Shown here piece after piece: positions 9,117-18,741 of a DNA stretch of 64,000 nt. The notes beneath the pieces were generated by a model, which was given only the letters and a program-made list of their open reading frames with translations, did no database searches and was not told the DNA's origin. Origin of the DNA: a virus; IMG/VR virus record IMGVR_UViG_3300010413_000018, positions 32,001 through 96,000 of that record. One strand, given 5' to 3'. The translations under genes were made by a program, and so were the position numbers. Within the stretch, counting starts at the first letter, position 1, and the number at the start of each line of letters is the position of its first letter.

Positions 9117-9423
9117 TTAACCGCGCCGTATACTCACGCACCGTCTCAGCCTGCACGTTATAAAGATTCCAACGCGCCCCTTCCTCGTCGCGCAAGCGAA
9201 CCATAATCTCGTACTCTTCGTTCTGGTGGTCGCCTTCTTGCTCGATAAGTTCAGCGTAGTTTTCCGCAGCGTCTTCTTCGTCAATACCGCGCACTACGCG
9301 TGCGTCTTCTTCAGTTTCATCGTTGCGTTCGTAACAATCCCACTGTGGCTTACACTTATGGTTGCTTGTGCTACCATCCGCGATCTCAAAACAGTACTCT
9401 CCGCATACAGGACACTGCTTCAT
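9091..9423 (-). CDS. Hypothetical protein with N-terminal zinc ribbon
   Basis: CPVC...HKC; GGAGG RBS before MKQCP. Confidence 0.65.
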   Translation of the reverse strand: MKQCPVCGEYCFEIADGSTSNHKCKPQWDCYERNDETEEDARVVRGIDEEDAAENYAELIEQEGDHQNEEYEIMVRLRDEEGARWNLYNVQAETVREYTARLIEGNEDGQ

Positions 9424-9484
9424 CGTACCCTCCATTAGTAAAGCGCAAGGGTGGCCTCCCACCCTCACACTTTTAACCTGCTAT

Positions 9485-10339
9485 CTAAACGTCGTCTTCG
9501 TCTTCAAACTCATCGTCATCGACAATTTCGTAATCCGCGTCAAACGCTTCATCCTGTGCCATGCGTTGAGGGCGCGCTCGGGACGCGCTCTTTCCGCTTT
9601 GTTGCCCGGAAGTACGCCGTTGTTGGGTTCCGGACGTCAGTTGCTTGCGAGCTGGAGGATCTTCGCCGCGTAAGCGTGCCATGATCTCTTCTTCAGTCGG
9701 AACCAACGCAAACCGGTTAAGGTCGTGCATTCCGACGCGCCAAGCTTCCATCTCATCCGGATCCTCCGTAAGAGGTCGCGACTTACGCGCCATGTTCACC
9801 GAGTACTTGGTGTCGAACTGACCGGTGCCTTCTCGATCAATAACGACGTCGAAGCCATCAGTCGGATGTGTGTAGTCTCCACCCACGTCTTCATCACGCC
9901 GTAGCTTAACCAATGCTTCGTGGATCGTCTTTCCGAAAGCCAGCACTTTAGGACCAGCGTCTTCGTCTTTTCGATCAATAGCATTCGCGAACACGCGCCT
10001 CTTGGCTTGCAATGATCGTGCTTGTTCGGCGTCAGCCGGATTACCGGTTTTGCGAAGTTGATCTGACATTTGACAAGCCGGACAACGCTTTTTTGCCATA
10101 AGGCGCGGACAAGTAAATGACCACTTTTTACCATCCGGCAGTTCGATGTAATGCTGATAAACGATCTGAAACGGAGAGGTCCGGCCGGCAGCTGGCGGCA
10201 TAATTCGAACGACGTTCTTACCGGGTTCCAGCTTTAAATAATCAGTGCCGGATCCTTCTTTTGCTAGAGCTTCTTGCTCTTCGGTTGCAGCGTCTTCAGT
10301 GTATGTACCCCATTTTTGTAGATTAGTTCCTTTTCCCAT
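9485..10339 (-). CDS. Single-stranded DNA-binding protein (T4 gp32-like)
   Basis: VRIMPP, H...C...CPAC zinc site, DYTHPTDGFDV, TKY, highly acidic C-terminal tail. Confidence 0.85.
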   Translation of the reverse strand: MGKGTNLQKWGTYTEDAATEEQEALAKEGSGTDYLKLEPGKNVVRIMPPAAGRTSPFQIVYQHYIELPDGKKWSFTCPRLMAKKRCPACQMSDQLRKTGNPADAEQARSLQAKRRVFANAIDRKDEDAGPKVLAFGKTIHEALVKLRRDEDVGGDYTHPTDGFDVVIDREGTGQFDTKYSVNMARKSRPLTEDPDEMEAWRVGMHDLNRFALVPTEEEIMARLRGEDPPARKQLTSGTQQRRTSGQQSGKSASRARPQRMAQDEAFDADYEIVDDDEFEDEDDV

Positions 10340-10417
10340 TTGATATGCTCCTATTTTTTATTTTTGCTATAATGCCTAAACGGCTATTCGCATATGTTGA
10401 TATTTGGTCTAACTAAC

Positions 10418-10435
10418 CGTACGCAAACGTACGGG
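10418..10435. terminator. Stem-loop between dCMP deaminase and SSB
   Basis: CCGTACG-caaa-CGTACGG perfect 7-bp stem; T-rich run follows on the + strand. Confidence 0.4.
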
Positions 10436-10445
10436 TTGGTTTTAT

Positions 10446-10982
10446 TTAACTTCTGCGAAGGTACGCGCATCCATCACAAATCACGCACTCACAATTTTTT
10501 GGTCCTGCGCAGCTATAGCCTTCGTACTCTCCGCCAAGCGCGCGACAATCTTCACCGTACCACTGCACAGTCACTCCGCATTCGTTAAACATTTGCAGCG
10601 CGATACGAAAATGTTGCCCCCAATCCGGATCTTTAAAGTCAGGCCTACGCGCTACCACTTTTTTGATTCCAGCTTGAATAATGGCTTTAGCACAATCAGA
10701 ACACGGAAACCACGGCACGTATATTGTGCATCCTACCAACGACTTAGCCGCATTCCAAATTGCGTTTTGTTCTGCATGACACGTAAAAAAATACTTGTTT
10801 TCCGGTGTGTACTTTTCCGGATCCTCATCGTCACAACCACGTGGACATCCATTATATCCGTGCCCCAGTACAGTGTGGCGATCATCCACGATTACTGCTC
10901 CGACTTTCCTTCCCGGATACTTACTCCAGTTTGCAAAGTATTCGGCCAGCTCCATGAATCTCTTTTCCCAGTTAGTCTTCAT
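10446..10982 (-). CDS. dCMP deaminase
   Basis: KVGAVIV, GYNG, HAEQNAI, PCSDCAKAIIQAGI zinc motifs. Confidence 0.93.
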   Translation of the reverse strand: MKTNWEKRFMELAEYFANWSKYPGRKVGAVIVDDRHTVLGHGYNGCPRGCDDEDPEKYTPENKYFFTCHAEQNAIWNAAKSLVGCTIYVPWFPCSDCAKAIIQAGIKKVVARRPDFKDPDWGQHFRIALQMFNECGVTVQWYGEDCRALGGEYEGYSCAGPKNCECVICDGCAYLRRS

Positions 10983-11022
10983 AACCGCTATCCTATTCTA
11001 CTGGTGGTAAAAGTAAAAAAAG

Positions 11023-11544
11023 TTACCGAGTTAATTTGTTGGCTATCATTTGATCCCTAACCACCGGATCTGACATCATCTCAACGCGGAGCTTCGCCCC
11101 CAACGACTGCAGCATATCGCGCTTCGCCATTAAAGCATCACAGCGATTCCGTAGTGCCTGGCGCGCTGCTTCTGCCTCTACCAATGCAAGGTTTGCATCC
11201 TGTACGCGATCGTCAAGTTGAACCTTCGCTTCCAAGTCGCCAACCGTCATCTTGACGCCAGAAGCGTTCGCAAACTCACGTGTTTCCATTGTCACCAACG
11301 CTTTAGTTTCGTCGGCGCGCAACTTCGCCAGCAAGTATTCGCGAAGCGCAATGGAATACTTCTCGTTCCAGTACGCTATATCGGCCGGCAGACGTATGAA
11401 CTCTTCTTCCAGCGCTTCCGGTTCAATCTGTACGCACTCGTACAAATAGGTGTCGATCTCAATGTCGCGCACCACCGTCGTGTCGTTTACTTTATTGTTT
11501 GGTTGCGGAACTTCTTTTGCTTCCAGTTTTTCTTTTTTAGTCAT
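11023..11544 (-). CDS. UvsY-like recombination mediator
   Basis: Helical LEEEFIRLPADIAYW...KMTVGDLEAKV...KRDMLQSL; context with RecA and SSB; AAGGA RBS before MTKKE (frame stays open to 11742). Confidence 0.65.
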   Translation of the reverse strand: MTKKEKLEAKEVPQPNNKVNDTTVVRDIEIDTYLYECVQIEPEALEEEFIRLPADIAYWNEKYSIALREYLLAKLRADETKALVTMETREFANASGVKMTVGDLEAKVQLDDRVQDANLALVEAEAARQALRNRCDALMAKRDMLQSLGAKLRVEMMSDPVVRDQMIANKLTR

Positions 11545-11708
11545 GTCGGCATCCTTATATGGTGATAGTATTTTTCTGTTTTTACCAAAGATATAATAAG
11601 CTCTGTTTGGATCGCGCCCACCTAAATTCAACGAATCTAAATGCTGCGGAGATAAGTACGTAGCACACCAACCAATCGCAAAATCATCAGCAGCTTGTTC
11701 CTCTTCTG

Positions 11709-14267
11709 TCACGCTAGTTTGTAATCTTCCAATGAACCCCACGCCGTACCCACCTTCAAATCGGCTACCAAAGGAACACCAGCACTCGGCCAGGACTCCA
11801 TTATCCTAACCGCGTTATAACATACTTCGTCTTTCGCGCTTTCTTCAACGTGAAACATCACGCTGTCGTGCACGGTTAATACCAACTCGGCCGGAACCGC
11901 GTCTTCTTTGAGCCACTTCACCAGTTGCACTATCGACGCTAAACAGAAATCGCTGGCAGTACCTTGCACGGGAGTATTCAACGAAGCGTTCTCCGCGCCG
12001 TTCCTACGTCGGTCATCCGGGTCCGCTATGTTTACTAACGGACGGCGCCGCGCTTCTTGGCCGTCCCACCAAGTGTGGGTGTAACCGGTCTTACGCGCAT
12101 TAATGATCTGTTGCTTGCACCAACGGTTAAACACCGTAAACTGCCCCTTAATGGCGTTAACGATGTTCTCAGCTTCCTGCACGGTGCAGCCAATTTTACC
12201 GGCCAAACCTTTCGGCGTCATCCCATAAATCACACCAAAGTTCGGAACCTTGGCCTTACTACGGTGCTCTTTTGTTACTTCGCTCGGCGGTATACCCCAA
12301 GCCACTTGCGAAATAAGTTCGGCCGTCTTTTGATGATAATCCACGCCCGATTGCCAAATTTTTAGCATCTTAGGATCTTGGCACAACATAGATGCGACGC
12401 GCAGTTCAAGCTGGGAGAAATCTGCTTCCACAAAAATGTAACCTTCACGCGCTACGAACAAATCCCGCGCCATCTTTGACTCTACATCTTTTGGCCGCGC
12501 TATGTTTTGTAAATTTGGGTTTACAGCTGATAAACGACCCGTGCGAGTACCGTCAATCTTAAATGACGGATGAATGCGCTCGTCATCGCAGATATGGCGT
12601 TGGATGCCTTTCGCGAATCCGTGTAACTTTGTCAAACGACGCCATTCTAATAAGTCATCCACTACAGGATGCTGACCTTTTAGGGCTTTCAACGATTCGC
12701 TATCAGTCGACGGACCACCGCTGTTGGTAAGCTTAGGAGGATGCAACCCAATCTTTTTAAACAGTAAAGCGCTCACACTGGCCGGACTGTTGGGTTTTAA
12801 ATCCTTGTACTGAGCAAAGCGATTTTGCACGTCATCCATCTTGGTTTCAAGATGCTTTTGGTAAAGCTTCGCATTCTCCATACTAGTAGGAATACCCCAG
12901 CACTCAATCTGCTTTATTGACTGATTTGCGTCCTTTACTATTACGTCCCAAACGCGCTTTACCGGTGCGTTCTTCTCAAGACGCTTCTCTAAAAGCTCAC
13001 AAACTCTGGCAGTAGATAACGCGTCGCGCGCACAGTAACGAACTAATATCTCCCACGGTAGTAAACCGTACGCGTACGTTTTAGAGCTTTCATCAGGGTT
13101 CTCACACGCAGCTAGAATAAGCGGATCTACTCCGTTGGGATCTAGTAAAAACGAATCTTTATCTTTAATGTACTCACGTCTAGCTTTCGCAATAACTCTG
13201 CACGCTTTAACAAGCGCTTCTTCGGCCTCGCCTTTAATTCCACCCAAACCCACCAGCTCAGCCATCACATCCAAGCTGGCATCAACATCGGCATACAATA
13301 AACGGCGCCACAACCGGCTATCCCCATGGTAGTTGGCTAACTCAGCGCCTAACCCAGAGTCCACCGCATGAGCATCATACTTCAAGTTCTGCCCAACTTT
13401 TTTTACCTGACGATCGTTCAACAGTTTAATCAACGGACCACGCGTAGGCTTACGGATCAAACCGTCACGATCCCAAACAAAAACTTCGTTGGAATACCGC
13501 GCTACTGCCGCGAGAGTAACCACCTGGAACTCTTTCTTGTACATCATCCCAGCGGTTTCTGTGTCAAACGAAAACCACAACTCTTGGCGTAATGCTTCAC
13601 ACGCGTATTCCGCGTCTTGCGCGTTCTCGACCACGTAGCAGTATTCTTCCCAAGGCGGTAGTGCTGGCATCGCGCAGTTTAACGCATAGCGTAGATCACT
13701 TTCAAACCAATTTCGAAGAAACCTATTTCGCATCGCACTGACCGGATTCATCAACTCAAATACCGGTATCGGCGTGCACGTACCATCTATGTCTTCGTTG
13801 TATAGCCAGCCGTACCCGCGCCGTACCGATTGAGCTTGAACCGATCTACCCAAAACGCTATTTATTGCTTTGTTTCCCATAGCAATAACACGCTTTGGTT
13901 GAACTTCGCGAATGGTAGCCGCTAAATGCCCACGGCACGCGGCTAGTTGCTTGTCACCTATAGCAGTGCTTCCTGGCGCGCAACGTATTCCATTATCATA
14001 AGCAACTGGCCCATCAAAGTACGAGTTTACTAATTTTCGTACGTAACGGCCGGCTGGTCCGCTAAACGGTATGCCAGCCCGATCTTCCATTACGCCAGGG
14101 TACTCACCGACGATAAGGATCCCTCCCGGATCTCCTTCTGCCATCATGCAAATGTTTCGCGCTGATTCCCCAAATTTGCATAACTGGCAAGAAGGATCCG
14201 AGTCAATAGGCGTAGCAACTTCAACAGCTGCTAACGGAGTATCTTTATATAACGGAATTTGACGCAT
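11709..14267 (-). CDS. polA: Family A DNA polymerase with N-terminal family-4 UDG-like domain and 3'-5' exonuclease
   Basis: CQLC...VGEYPG...EDRAGIPFSGPAG (UDG-F4); FDTET, NLKYD, YCARD (exonuclease); TGRLS, NLQNI, ADFSQLELR, AKVPNFGVIYG, VHDS (polymerase). Confidence 0.95.
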   Translation of the reverse strand: MRQIPLYKDTPLAAVEVATPIDSDPSCQLCKFGESARNICMMAEGDPGGILIVGEYPGVMEDRAGIPFSGPAGRYVRKLVNSYFDGPVAYDNGIRCAPGSTAIGDKQLAACRGHLAATIREVQPKRVIAMGNKAINSVLGRSVQAQSVRRGYGWLYNEDIDGTCTPIPVFELMNPVSAMRNRFLRNWFESDLRYALNCAMPALPPWEEYCYVVENAQDAEYACEALRQELWFSFDTETAGMMYKKEFQVVTLAAVARYSNEVFVWDRDGLIRKPTRGPLIKLLNDRQVKKVGQNLKYDAHAVDSGLGAELANYHGDSRLWRRLLYADVDASLDVMAELVGLGGIKGEAEEALVKACRVIAKARREYIKDKDSFLLDPNGVDPLILAACENPDESSKTYAYGLLPWEILVRYCARDALSTARVCELLEKRLEKNAPVKRVWDVIVKDANQSIKQIECWGIPTSMENAKLYQKHLETKMDDVQNRFAQYKDLKPNSPASVSALLFKKIGLHPPKLTNSGGPSTDSESLKALKGQHPVVDDLLEWRRLTKLHGFAKGIQRHICDDERIHPSFKIDGTRTGRLSAVNPNLQNIARPKDVESKMARDLFVAREGYIFVEADFSQLELRVASMLCQDPKMLKIWQSGVDYHQKTAELISQVAWGIPPSEVTKEHRSKAKVPNFGVIYGMTPKGLAGKIGCTVQEAENIVNAIKGQFTVFNRWCKQQIINARKTGYTHTWWDGQEARRRPLVNIADPDDRRRNGAENASLNTPVQGTASDFCLASIVQLVKWLKEDAVPAELVLTVHDSVMFHVEESAKDEVCYNAVRIMESWPSAGVPLVADLKVGTAWGSLEDYKLA

Positions 14268-14271
14268 GCAA

Positions 14272-15066
14272 CTAGTTAGCGATCTGCAATCCTACGGCCG
14301 TCCGACGTACACGACTTTCAAGCTGGCTTTCGTTTATGCGTGACAAAACTGGGCACACTGCTTTATACTGCACCGCTGCCGCTACCACCGCATCGATGGT
14401 TTTGTTGCCGTTGTCTTCAAGAGTAGCTACGACATCCCGCAACGACGTGCACTTCAATAGCTCAGCGATAAGTTTCTCGTCGCCTTCCAACGGCTCCCCT
14501 TCATCCTCTTCCGGAGTTTCTTCCACAGTTTTTACCGGTTCGTCGTCTTCATCTTCTACAATCGACGTATCTTCCGCCAACGGATCGGCCTCTTCTTCTT
14601 CAACTGGGGTTTCCGGCTCTTCAGGACTCCCAACGGACGCTGCTTCTTCTACCGGCTCAGCTGCTTTCTGTTCTTCTTTCTTCGGTCTACCGCGACGAGT
14701 ACGACGCTTTTTCTCTTCAGGTTTTTTATCCGGCTCAGGTTCGTCTTCCTTGGCCTCTTTTTCTGGTTCAACGTAAGTCATCGGAACGTCATCCGGCACG
14801 TCGGTTGTGGTTTCTCCAACTGGAGCATCGGTAGCCACCGGATGCGTAACAGTAGCTTTTACTGCGCCCATTCGTTGGAGCGAATCACGTATTATTCTTG
14901 ACGCTTCTTCCGTGTCATATTTAGATTCGAGCTTGGCTAGAATTTGTGTTACCTCAGCCAACGAATTAACTTGGATCACAATACAACCGTCTTCGTACGC
15001 GATCTTCCGCTCGGTACCAAGAATTTTTGCCGTCCCTGTGAACTCTGTAATTGATTCAATAGCCAT
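14272..15066 (-). CDS. Hypothetical acidic, low-complexity protein
   Basis: Glu/Pro-rich linker containing RRGRPKK; AGAGG RBS. Confidence 0.65.
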   Translation of the reverse strand: MAIESITEFTGTAKILGTERKIAYEDGCIVIQVNSLAEVTQILAKLESKYDTEEASRIIRDSLQRMGAVKATVTHPVATDAPVGETTTDVPDDVPMTYVEPEKEAKEDEPEPDKKPEEKKRRTRRGRPKKEEQKAAEPVEEAASVGSPEEPETPVEEEEADPLAEDTSIVEDEDDEPVKTVEETPEEDEGEPLEGDEKLIAELLKCTSLRDVVATLEDNGNKTIDAVVAAAVQYKAVCPVLSRINESQLESRVRRTAVGLQIAN

Positions 15067-15068
15067 TG

Positions 15069-15389
15069 TTAGTCCTCTTCCTTTTCCCAAAGACCGCGCT
15101 CACACGCGATCCATTTTGTGATTATTAAGTTACCGTCTCCGCCTTCCTCGAAAACCTCACTGTCGTCGTGGATTTGGCTCTTCGGAATCCAGTGTTCAGC
15201 GCGATCCTCGTCTTCGCCCAATACGACGAGAATTGCCTTTTCCGTTTCGCGTAAACACTGAGCTTCATCTATTATGACGTTATCGCCATCATATTCATCT
15301 ATCATATCAAGTTGCCCTTTCGTAAAAGTAAATGTAGCAGGCAAGGTCAGGTTTAGCTTAACTTTTTTTCCCTGACAATTTATTGTCAA
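15069..15389 (-). CDS. Small conserved phage protein
   Basis: ETEKAILV...WIPKSQI motif recurrent in phage replication regions; start uncertain. Confidence 0.6.
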   Translation of the reverse strand: MTINCQGKKVKLNLTLPATFTFTKGQLDMIDEYDGDNVIIDEAQCLRETEKAILVVLGEDEDRAEHWIPKSQIHDDSEVFEEGGDGNLIITKWIACERGLWEKEED

Positions 15390-16257
15390 TTTTTAATCCT
15401 GCTGCTTTCAAAACCATCGCAAAAAAAGTGCTCTCGTCGTAGTTTCCAGGGTCGGTGTCTGGTCCTAAGCGCAAAAAATTCGTGCGCTTACCAAATAGTT
15501 TTAAATGATGCGCTAAAGCGTGGCTTTCTTCCCACGCATCTCCGTCTAGCACAATCACGATCGGCCGTTCTGTTTTTCTTAAAATTTGTACATGGCTGTT
15601 AGTTGGCTTTCCTAAGCAAGCCACCGCGTTAGGCCAATGTGGTAGTGCGTCAAAAATACCCTCGACTACAATCAATGGGACGCTAGTCTTTTTGTATACT
15701 GCTTCCATGTTAAACAGGATTTCACCACGTGGCATGTGCTTCGGGTATAAGTATTTTAATTCCGGATCTTTAGCCCACGATCTACCAACCCACCCGTACG
15801 GCTGCCCATCAAACACCACCGGAACCACAATTCTATACGCCGCATACCCGCGCACAGATGCTCCAATATTAGCTGCTTCCCACACGGGCTTATCTACGCG
15901 GCGCCGCACTAATTCATCTCGCGCAGGAGCGAATATTGTGGCGGTTGAACCCGGCTCTTTCCACAACGGATAATAACCTTCCGGAAGTTCTAGATTTGGC
16001 GCTTCGGTATCTTCTGGCTCTTCTTCAACTTCAAAGTCTTCATAACCTGTGGGTGGAGTTTTTAGACGTCCGGATGCGTGGCATCTAAAACAATGATAAG
16101 CCCACTCCGTCGCCAAAATACCTAATGCACGCTTTGTATCAGGCGTGCCGACGCGCGCTTCACACAATGGGCAATCGACGCGGTGCCATCCTTTTGTAGA
16201 CGGCTTTGCATACGCAAATGCTGCGGCTACTAATTCTCTATCAGACTGTTTCGTCAT
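15358..16257 (-). CDS. DNA primase (zinc finger + TOPRIM)
   Basis: CPLC...HCFRC, GR, KYL, VVEGIFDAL, LDGD. Confidence 0.88.
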   Translation of the reverse strand: MTKQSDRELVAAAFAYAKPSTKGWHRVDCPLCEARVGTPDTKRALGILATEWAYHCFRCHASGRLKTPPTGYEDFEVEEEPEDTEAPNLELPEGYYPLWKEPGSTATIFAPARDELVRRRVDKPVWEAANIGASVRGYAAYRIVVPVVFDGQPYGWVGRSWAKDPELKYLYPKHMPRGEILFNMEAVYKKTSVPLIVVEGIFDALPHWPNAVACLGKPTNSHVQILRKTERPIVIVLDGDAWEESHALAHHLKLFGKRTNFLRLGPDTDPGNYDESTFFAMVLKAAGLKIDNKLSGKKS

Positions 16258-18610
16258 CAGCTGCTGCAACTGGAACAATAATAGGAGCTATGCGCCCCAT
16301 ATCAAACTCGTGTGGCAATGGTCCGGCCGTCGTGTCGGCTATGCCTATCCTGTTCTTTAACATGCAAAATTCAAGCTGCGTGCCGTCTTCTTTTTTGTTT
16401 ATTGCTAACACCATATCAGCTACACGCACTTTTTCCTGACTGTCAGCCAAACTATCAATAGTGAGTTTCTTGCGCCCTTTTTCTTTGGCGCGCTGGGGTT
16501 GGCTAGCAGTCCAAACCCACATGTTTTTCTCGACTGCAAAGTGACGTAAGCCTTCGTACACCTTGCTCATTTCACGATAGCTTGAATCATCGGTTTTTCG
16601 CGCCCCCAACTTATCCGCGTAGTCCACCACCAGTAAGTCTACTGGTCGCTTTAAATCTGCTTCGATTTTTTCTACAAAATCCCGGACATCTTCCAGTGTG
16701 GTTACCTTGGGAGTGAATTCCTCAATAACGCAAGTTCCCATTTTCATTGTCGCGGCTTTGGCTTTAGCTTTATCAAGTGAATCCGTCAGTATGTTGTTGG
16801 TCGGAATATCAAAAAGGTTAGCAAACAACCGCGCTAGAATTAACGGTTTAGGGAGTTCCAACGTAATAAACACCGTCAGTAAGTCTGGATTGCGAATTGC
16901 ACACGCCGCAATGTGAGACAAGAAGATACTGTTGTGTGTAACTGTAAAATCATCCAACAAATAGCGTCCATCTCCGTCAAGAGTAAACCCAAAATAATCT
17001 TCTTTTCCACACGGCTTGATCTCGAACCGTGTGTTTTTATAATTTACCCTTTTCGTGTACTTAACGGCTTGCTTCCGCTTAATACGACACGGAATTTTCC
17101 ACACATCACCACCAATATAAACACGATAGTAAGTTCCTACTGCGCCTGTGTTACCGCAAACTTTTTGTACTGCTTTTCCGTATGCTGCTAATCCTACACT
17201 ACGCGCTAAAAACAGCACGTCATTAAATAGTTTTTCTGAAGCTGTTGAATATTCATAACTACGTTTAAACCCACGATATGATCCATCTGTGTCCAACAAT
17301 CCCGCCAATAAGCACAACCTGTCTGCAACACTCGCTACTTTGTATACATGCGGAATGAATTTTTCATGACAATTCTTACGGCGCAATTCGAAACGATCTA
17401 GAGCTTCTAAAATTGGGTTCTTCACCCCTTGAATACCAACAACACCGTATGTTTTTGCTGCACCATTATAGTTGTTTGAACGTAGTGAAACACGCAACCC
17501 ATACACTGTAACAATATCTTTCAAGTAATCTAAAATCTCTTGGTCTGCTGTTGTAATATTCAACGACCCGCTAGTAGTGCTCCCATCTCCTAAAACAACT
17601 CCAAACAGATACGGATCAATAGGAAGCTCCACCCTTCCTTGAAAAGTAGCCGCGCAACGAACCAACAATGACCGTTTCTGCTTCTTCGCCGACCACGTTA
17701 AAAACTCTTTTACACTTACGTCCACCAAAGGCTCTTTACCATTGACCGCTACCGTGAGAATATGATCCAAATTTACTCGCCACGGATCTCCTCTCTTCGG
17801 AACAATTTCTACCATTTCATCGTGGCCGGTATTGGTCTGCAATACTGTCCTAAAACCACTCTCAGGAGCTGCTAATAAATCACCTCTACAAATATCCTCA
17901 ACCTTCTTTATGGAACCATCTGCCATTAATATACCTTGCCCCTTGGCATGGCACTTACCGCCTCCCGGTCCCGCTACCACAACTCCTAACCCAGAACGCC
18001 ATAATCCACCTTCCATCAAAGTTTCAATTTCAGGCACATCAAATCCCAACCGTACTACACTTTGCAGTTGCGAGATTAAATCAAAAGCTCCGGCGCTAGA
18101 GATATCTAAGCCTTTAGTTTCTTCAGTGGCTCCTAAGCGGTCAACGCGTTGTAAAGTCTCGACTGATTGACTGATATCCTTGCGCTTACCAAAAGAATCA
18201 ATTGCTACTTCCAATGCTTCGCGCTGTTTACGGCGCTTTAGAATCGGAATGATCTCGTTGGCGATCTGTTCGAGGTTAGGCTGTTCTTCGTTGTCGTCAA
18301 ATTCATCAAAGAAATCCAGACAAGCGTTTATTTCTTCTTGAGAGACAGAACCCTCTTCCCGCATGCGATTCAACCGTTGAATCACGATAACGTCGCTGGA
18401 AGGTCCGGAACCGGTCTCGTTCGCTATTACCTGAGCGGTCTGCATCAGGCGTAAAGCAACGTCATCCTTGAGAGCGCTCGGCTCGATGTAATTTCCTATG
18501 CGATTGTAAAGTTTGGGTTTACGACAAAGCGACACCACCATGTCGCGCTCGAAGTCTGGGTCTAATCCGTAAAGTTCAACGTCTTTCTTACGCTTTACTC
18601 CCATGGGCAC
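16241..18610 (-). CDS. dnaB: DnaB-like (SF4) replicative helicase containing an intein
   Basis: Walker A AGPGGGK|S split by the intein; ITLEL, VVDYAD, WTASQ, LADS, KNR motifs. Confidence 0.9.
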   Translation of the reverse strand: MPMGVKRKKDVELYGLDPDFERDMVVSLCRKPKLYNRIGNYIEPSALKDDVALRLMQTAQVIANETGSGPSSDVIVIQRLNRMREEGSVSQEEINACLDFFDEFDDNEEQPNLEQIANEIIPILKRRKQREALEVAIDSFGKRKDISQSVETLQRVDRLGATEETKGLDISSAGAFDLISQLQSVVRLGFDVPEIETLMEGGLWRSGLGVVVAGPGGGKCHAKGQGILMADGSIKKVEDICRGDLLAAPESGFRTVLQTNTGHDEMVEIVPKRGDPWRVNLDHILTVAVNGKEPLVDVSVKEFLTWSAKKQKRSLLVRCAATFQGRVELPIDPYLFGVVLGDGSTTSGSLNITTADQEILDYLKDIVTVYGLRVSLRSNNYNGAAKTYGVVGIQGVKNPILEALDRFELRRKNCHEKFIPHVYKVASVADRLCLLAGLLDTDGSYRGFKRSYEYSTASEKLFNDVLFLARSVGLAAYGKAVQKVCGNTGAVGTYYRVYIGGDVWKIPCRIKRKQAVKYTKRVNYKNTRFEIKPCGKEDYFGFTLDGDGRYLLDDFTVTHNSIFLSHIAACAIRNPDLLTVFITLELPKPLILARLFANLFDIPTNNILTDSLDKAKAKAATMKMGTCVIEEFTPKVTTLEDVRDFVEKIEADLKRPVDLLVVDYADKLGARKTDDSSYREMSKVYEGLRHFAVEKNMWVWTASQPQRAKEKGRKKLTIDSLADSQEKVRVADMVLAINKKEDGTQLEFCMLKNRIGIADTTAGPLPHEFDMGRIAPIIVPVAAADDETV
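16931..17953 (-). mobile_element. Intein with LAGLIDADG homing endonuclease (341 aa) in the helicase P-loop
   Basis: Starts CHAKGQGILMADG, ends VTHN followed by Ser; block B WRVNLDHIL; endonuclease motifs YLFGVVLGDG and LLAGLLDTDG. Confidence 0.93.
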
Positions 18611-18741
18611 GTTCCTATCCGCGTGTTAGTCATCCAAATCGTCTCTAGCAACTCCGCAAACGATGAAGAGTCCCGATACCCTCGGATTGGCGAACGAACG
18701 CCGTCAGGTCGGTGTTTTGTCCAGGTTAGGTCCATATCCAT
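18595..18741 (-). CDS. Possible 48-aa small ORF filling the gap upstream of the helicase
   Basis: MDMDLTWTKHRPDG...GTCPWE*; overlaps both neighbours; below the ORF-track cutoff. Confidence 0.3.
   Translation of the reverse strand: MDMDLTWTKHRPDGVRSPIRGYRDSSSFAELLETIWMTNTRIGTCPWE

Noticed and set aside
11545-11742. N-terminal extension of the UvsY-like ORF given in the track
   Set aside because: A better SD precedes MTKKE at 11544; the extension is not needed for the fold, though a GTG start at 11712 cannot be excluded
11709-14267. DpoZ / 2-aminoadenine (Z) genome, prompted by the atypical KLHGF motif and the DUF5664-like gene
   Set aside because: No PurZ, DatZ or MazZ in the window, and I cannot verify DpoZ-specific residues by eye
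18611-18725. Possible ribozyme or ncRNA upstream of the helicase
   Set aside because: No hammerhead core (CUGANGA/GAAA) or other recognisable fold; a 48-aa ORF explains the gap equally well
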